From an uncultured Pseudomonadota bacterium (lineage in GTDB: Bacteria; Pseudomonadota; Alphaproteobacteria; Rs-D84; CACZYB01), in contig CAUTSC010000003.1 of assembly GCA_963541275.1 (NCBI GenBank), positions 29,972-93,971 of the forward strand: 64,000 nucleotides of DNA. The letters run 5' to 3'. The number at the start of each line of letters is the position of its first letter. Position 1 is the stretch's first letter. Of the stretch, positions 60,008 through 64,000 are shown piece by piece. The notes beneath the pieces were generated by a model. It worked only from the letters and a program-made list of their open reading frames with translations. It did no database searches and was not told the origin of the DNA. Made by a program: the position numbers and the translations under genes.

Positions 60008-60931
60008 ATGATAAAAAAACAAATAAGTAAAATAAGTATGCTTGCAAGCTTGCTTGTGGCGAGCACAATCAACGCTCAAGAATTTTATACCTGCGTGCCA
60101 AAGAAAAGTTGGTGGAAAGATGTTATGACAGAAAGTGTTGAAAAAGGTATAAGAAAAGGAAATTTAAAAGGTGTATGGAAAAAGATTATACACCTTACAC
60201 CTACTTCTCCACTAAAAGATTTTCAACAACCATTATATATAGGCAAATATAGATTAACAGCCGCTGCAGCAGGAGGAAGTGAGGAAATAAGGTATTTTAA
60301 TCTTGATAAAGAAACAGAATTTAAAGCCTGTGTTGGAGCAGGTGGGGGAGGAGGTGGTGGTGGCAACAGATTCAGTGGCTACTGCGGCGGCGGCGGAGGC
60401 GGCGGTGGTGGACGGGGTTATGGAGGATACTACAGTGGAGGAAACGGCGGTAGCAGTAGCGGCGGTAGCGGAGGTTATGGTATAGGTGGTGAAGGTGGAA
60501 GCGGCGGCTTCTCCTACGCTCACGAAGTAAAAAGTGGCAGGACCGGTAAAGGAGGCAAAGGTGGCGGTAGTGGTGGCAATGGCAGTGATAGCAGCGAATC
60601 TGGTGGCCACAACCTCAGCATCGGGAACGAATATGGTAGTAGTGGCAAAGGCTATGGTAAAGGCGTAGGTGGCAAAGGCGGCAACATGAAAAACGACATC
60701 AACATGGGTGGTGGTGGTGGTGGAAGCGGCTGTGGCGGCGGTGGAGGTGGAGGAAGCTTCAACCACTCTGGATACGGAGGCGCTGGCGGCGGCGGTGGTG
60801 GAAGTTATTTTCAAGTTGCAGATGTTGAATTGGTGTTAAAAGGTGGGGATGGAAAACCTGCTGATGGATATAATGGTGGTGGGGATGGTGCTGGTCCTGA
60901 TGGATATGTAATAGTTGAAAAAATGGAATAA
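60008..60931 (+). CDS. secreted glycine-rich protein paralog (Gly_rich / GlyR-like candidate)
   Basis: Signal peptide and the motifs FYTCVPK, GKYRLTAAAAGG and FKACVGAGGGGGGGG, then extensive poly-G/S blocks and a C-terminal DGYVIVEKME. It is locally GC-rich because of GGC/GGT codons. Confidence 0.75.
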   Translation: MIKKQISKISMLASLLVASTINAQEFYTCVPKKSWWKDVMTESVEKGIRKGNLKGVWKKIIHLTPTSPLKDFQQPLYIGKYRLTAAAAGGSEEIRYFNLDKETEFKACVGAGGGGGGGGNRFSGYCGGGGGGGGGRGYGGYYSGGNGGSSSGGSGGYGIGGEGGSGGFSYAHEVKSGRTGKGGKGGGSGGNGSDSSESGGHNLSIGNEYGSSGKGYGKGVGGKGGNMKNDINMGGGGGGSGCGGGGGGGSFNHSGYGGAGGGGGGSYFQVADVELVLKGGDGKPADGYNGGGDGAGPDGYVIVEKME

Positions 60932-60952
60932 TAGGACTTTCATTCACAACGA

Positions 60953-60981
60953 CTCCTGTTTTTTTTACAGGAGCTGTTTTT
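60953..60981 (+). terminator. rho-independent terminator after the Gly-rich gene
   Basis: CTCCTGTtttttttACAGGAG followed by ctgttttt. Confidence 0.7.
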
Positions 60982-61004
60982 GTCATGATATCTATTTTAA
61001 ATTA

Positions 61005-61660
61005 ATTTAATGATATTCATTCCAATATTTTTGCGATTTATATTTGTATTTTTCTAAAATATTTTATAACAAAAATATTGGCCACAAACGAAGTTTCTTA
61101 AATATATAAATAGATGAAAATTGACATTAAAAAATAATCATCAAAATATTTTGCTTATAACAAAATATTTGCCATAAAAAAGTTTGATATAGCTAACTGA
61201 TAAGGATTAATTTTTTACTTATAAAATAGCTTAGTAAAAATTAATAGTTTTATAGAAATAAATATTCATTCAAATATCTTTATATTAAAGATATTTGCCA
61301 ATTTTTGCTTGCAAAAATTATATAGATATAAATAAGTCTCATATATTTACTTTCCAATCCTCCTCCAGATATTTTACTCTTCGTCTATATGTGGTTTCTC
61401 TCTTCTTCCACGTTTCAAAAAATCGCAGATTTCCGCCATTTTGAAAATTTTTACAAAAAAATGTAAAAAATTTTCATTTTGTTCTTGACTTTTGAAAAAT
61501 AATGATTATATTATGATTATCCAAAGGGTAAACTACACCCAAAATTTCCAGATAATAAGAAAAATTTTAAAAAAGGTGAAATTTTTTCATTTTATCTCTT
61601 GAAATCTAAAGATTTAATACATATATGTAAAATAACCGAAGGGGTGAGGTGTATCAAAAT
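61005..61660 (+). repeat. non-coding tail of module D: covarying AT-rich hairpins plus two tandem promoter-like units
   Basis: Hairpins at 61022-61081, 61142-61171 and 61271-61297. TTGACT-N16-TATATT lies at 61485-61512 and TTGAAA-N17-TATATG at 61599-61627. The block 61255-61660 aligns with 44195-44605. Confidence 0.7.
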
Positions 61661-61825
61661 TTCTTTAAGTAAGTTAAATTCACTTGTAGCATACTATATA
61701 AAAACCTTAAGAAATATTGAAAATAAAAAATTTTTAATATCTTATAAAATTTTATTGTTTGACAAAATGAAATAAATGTTGACAAAAGGAAATTTTGATA
61801 TTAGTTTATTGTTAATTTAATTTAA

Positions 61826-62950
61826 ATGGAGTATAAAATGGAAAAAAAAGAACCTATTTTAGATACAAAAAATACAGAAGTTGAAACAAAGGTTATAAAG
61901 GAAGAAAACGTTTCTTTTGATGCTGTAAAACAAGATAAAAAATCTGTTGGTGAAAAACAAAAGAAAGTGATTCTTGCAATTTTAATTTCGCTTATTGTTA
62001 TTGTTGCAATTATTGCTTTTTTACCATCAAAAAAATCTGATAAAAAAATGGCTTCTGGTGATAAAAAAGGAAGCTTTTTTGGTGATATGTTTAAACCTGC
62101 AAAAAAAGAAATAGTTGCACCAGCATTTGATATAGTAAGAATGGAAAAGGGTGAAACTATTATTGCGGGAACTGCTGCTAAAAATGCGGTTGTTTACATA
62201 GTTGACAATGGCAAAAAACTTGGCACTGAAAAAGCAGATGATAATGGTCAATGGGTATTTATTCCTAAGAAAGCATTAAAAACTGGAAACCACAAATTAT
62301 CACTTTATGTTATGGGTGAAAATGGCAACAGGATTTATGCAAAACAAAATGCGATACTTCATGTTTCTAAAAAAACAGAAAATGAAGTTGCCGTGTTGAT
62401 GGGTAATAAAAAAACTAAAGTTTTAAAAGCTCCAAAAGGTGAAGATATTGGTGTGCTTCGCGTTGCAAAAATTACATATGATGACAAAGATTCTGTTAAT
62501 ATAGAAGGTTTGGCAATAAAAAACAGCAAAGTTAATATTTATATGAATAACAAATTAATTGCAACTGCAACCACAGATGAGTTTGGAATTTTTGCTGTAA
62601 AAACAGAATATAAAATGAGTGATAAAACAAAACAATTTCTTCGTGCTGATATGATGGGTGCGAATGGTAAGGTGCTTCGTCGTGTAGCATACAATTTTAC
62701 ACCAATATTTTATGATGGCAAAAATAACATGACTGTTATTAAAAAAGGTGATTGTTTGTGGAATATTGCGCTTAAGGAATATGGCAAAGGTACAGAATAT
62801 CTTATCTTGTTTGAAGCAAACAAATCACAAATAAAAGATCCAAATAAAATTTATGTGGGTCAAGTATTTTCAATTCTTGAAAAAGATGGAAAAGCTTATA
62901 ACGATATAAAAGCAAAAATCAAACAAGAAATGAAAAACAAGAAAAAATAA
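61826..62950 (+). CDS. membrane-anchored LysM-domain peptidoglycan-binding protein
   Basis: N-terminal TM helix, two Ig-like segments (FDIVRMEKGETIIAGTAAKNAVVYI...), and a C-terminal LysM domain (VIKKGDCLWNIALKEYGKGTEYLILFEANKSQIKDPNKIYVGQVFSI). The start is 61826 or 61838. Confidence 0.8.
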   Translation: MEYKMEKKEPILDTKNTEVETKVIKEENVSFDAVKQDKKSVGEKQKKVILAILISLIVIVAIIAFLPSKKSDKKMASGDKKGSFFGDMFKPAKKEIVAPAFDIVRMEKGETIIAGTAAKNAVVYIVDNGKKLGTEKADDNGQWVFIPKKALKTGNHKLSLYVMGENGNRIYAKQNAILHVSKKTENEVAVLMGNKKTKVLKAPKGEDIGVLRVAKITYDDKDSVNIEGLAIKNSKVNIYMNNKLIATATTDEFGIFAVKTEYKMSDKTKQFLRADMMGANGKVLRRVAYNFTPIFYDGKNNMTVIKKGDCLWNIALKEYGKGTEYLILFEANKSQIKDPNKIYVGQVFSILEKDGKAYNDIKAKIKQEMKNKKK

Positions 62951-62973
62951 AAAACTACTCCTTTCTTAAAATA

Positions 62974-63003
62974 AAATCCCAAGTTAATTCTTGGGATTTT
63001 TTA
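62974..63003 (+). terminator. rho-independent terminator after the LysM gene
   Basis: AAATCCCAAGttaattCTTGGGATTT followed by tt. Confidence 0.8.
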
Positions 63004-63071
63004 AGTTTAAAAAATACTTGTATTTTAAAGGGGATTGTGGTAAACGTATAAACAAATATGGAGGATATATT

Positions 63072-64000
63072 ATGAAAAAATTGTATTTATTATTGCTTGC
63101 TAGCCTTGTGTCATCTTGTGCTGTAAATAATCGTATTCCTATACGCTCGGCAAGTAAGCCAAGGTCTATGAATAAACCTGATACTTCTGTGGTGATGGCA
63201 CCTGTTGATAATGATGATATGGAAACATCAAACGAAAATAAAATATCTATGGTTGACGAGGTAAATAATACAACATCAACAATTGATAAAAAAGATGTAA
63301 GTATAGTAAAAAATGATGATGTTAAAGAAACAAGTTTTGCTGCAAAGGGTCAATATAAAATTGGAAACCCTTATTTAATAGATGGCGTTTCATATTTTCC
63401 ACACGAAGATTATAACTATAGTGAAATAGGAATGGCATCTTGGTATGGCCCAAACTTTAATGGCAGACCAACATCAAATGGTGAAATTATGGATGCAGAT
63501 AAAATTACTGCAGCGCACAGAACTTTGCCTATGCCATCTTTGGTTCGTGTAACAAATCTTGAAAATGGTGTGTCATTAAATGTTAAAATAAATGATCGTG
63601 GACCTTATGCAAGGGACAGAATTATTGATCTTTCATCAAAAGCTGCGGATATTTTGGGTATTAAACAAAAGGGTTCGGCAAGGGTAAAAGTTGAAATTTT
63701 ACCAGAAAAAAGTAAAAAATTAAAAGAACTTGCAATAAATTCTCAAGATACGAATATTTATCCTGCTGATGTTTTAACATCAAGTGTGGGACAAACTGAG
63801 CTTTTAAAGAAAAGAGAAGAAACAGCAGAATCATTTACAAATATGCCAACTCCAATAATTGATGAAAAACCAGTTGAAGAAAAAGTTGTAAATAAAGAAA
63901 ATTATGGTGATTTTTTCGTTCAAATTGCTGCATATTCAACCTATGAAAAGGCAGAAGATATGAAACATAAACTTCAATCTATTGCGCCAGTTAAAATATT
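63072..64000 (+). CDS. rlpA: septal ring lytic transglycosylase RlpA-family lipoprotein (3' end outside the window)
   Basis: The ATG at 63072 follows a ggagga RBS. It has a lipobox LVSSCA, a DPBB domain (GMASWYGPNFNGRPTSNGEIMD...VRVTNLENG...INDRGPYARDRIIDLS), and the start of a SPOR domain (FFVQIAAYSTYEKAEDM). It is not in the ORF track because the ORF runs off the window. Confidence 0.85.
   Translation, partial: MKKLYLLLLASLVSSCAVNNRIPIRSASKPRSMNKPDTSVVMAPVDNDDMETSNENKISMVDEVNNTTSTIDKKDVSIVKNDDVKETSFAAKGQYKIGNPYLIDGVSYFPHEDYNYSEIGMASWYGPNFNGRPTSNGEIMDADKITAAHRTLPMPSLVRVTNLENGVSLNVKINDRGPYARDRIIDLSSKAADILGIKQKGSARVKVEILPEKSKKLKELAINSQDTNIYPADVLTSSVGQTELLKKREETAESFTNMPTPIIDEKPVEEKVVNKENYGDFFVQIAAYSTYEKAEDMKHKLQSIAPVKI

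Noticed and set aside
60254-60814. Long antisense ORFs opposite the Gly-rich and Cys-rich genes: 60254..60814, 43426..43806, 37404..37943, 49642..50121, 37971..38162 and others.
   Set aside because: They are mirror images of low-complexity GGN and TGY/AGY codon runs, translating to T/A/S/P-rich or H/Y/N-rich products. They have no RBS and no independent conservation. The sense-strand genes have signal peptides, RBSs and paralog support.

Overview
AT-rich (about 30% GC by eye) bacterial chromosome segment. It consists mostly of housekeeping genes in an alphaproteobacterium-like order: ihfB-lapA-accD-accA, tRNA-Trp-secE-nusG-rplKAJL-rpoBC, rplU-rpmA, lepA, eno, ssb, yidD-yidC-engB, dnaK, proS, infA, rho and rplS. 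The composition and the short, editing-domain-less ProRS suggest a reduced, possibly host-associated genome. This is an inference with no database check. The window opens with a type IVb (R64/PAPI-1-like) pilus assembly cluster, pilL-N-O-P-Q-R, and no pilin, prepilin peptidase or PilV follows it. Three tRNAs are present (Thr-UGU, Trp-CCA, His-GUG). I saw no rRNA, CRISPR array, transposase or integrase. The most unusual content is a four-locus paralogous family at about 37.3, 42.6, 49.3 and 59.3 kb. Each locus encodes a secreted, very Cys-rich protein with eukaryote-like CxxCxxG(S/T)Y or CPxGxE repeats. All four share one sigma70-like promoter. Three of them carry a conserved structured 5' leader of about 165 nt, with compensatory base changes and an apparent Shine-Dalgarno-sequestering switch. 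I do not recognise this leader as a known riboswitch or leader family. Two of the loci are 2.1-2.4 kb duplicated modules. These also encode a secreted polyglycine-rich protein and carry a roughly 0.5 kb non-coding tail made of covarying AT-rich hairpins and tandem promoter-like units. Other accessory content: a frameshifted Fic-domain pseudogene; a holin/M15-peptidase/coiled-coil trio next to tRNA-Thr; a TbpB-like surface lipoprotein; an orphan SdpR/SdpI-like pair; and an orphan ExeA/MshM-like ATPase. All product calls come from motif recognition in the supplied translations; no searches were run.
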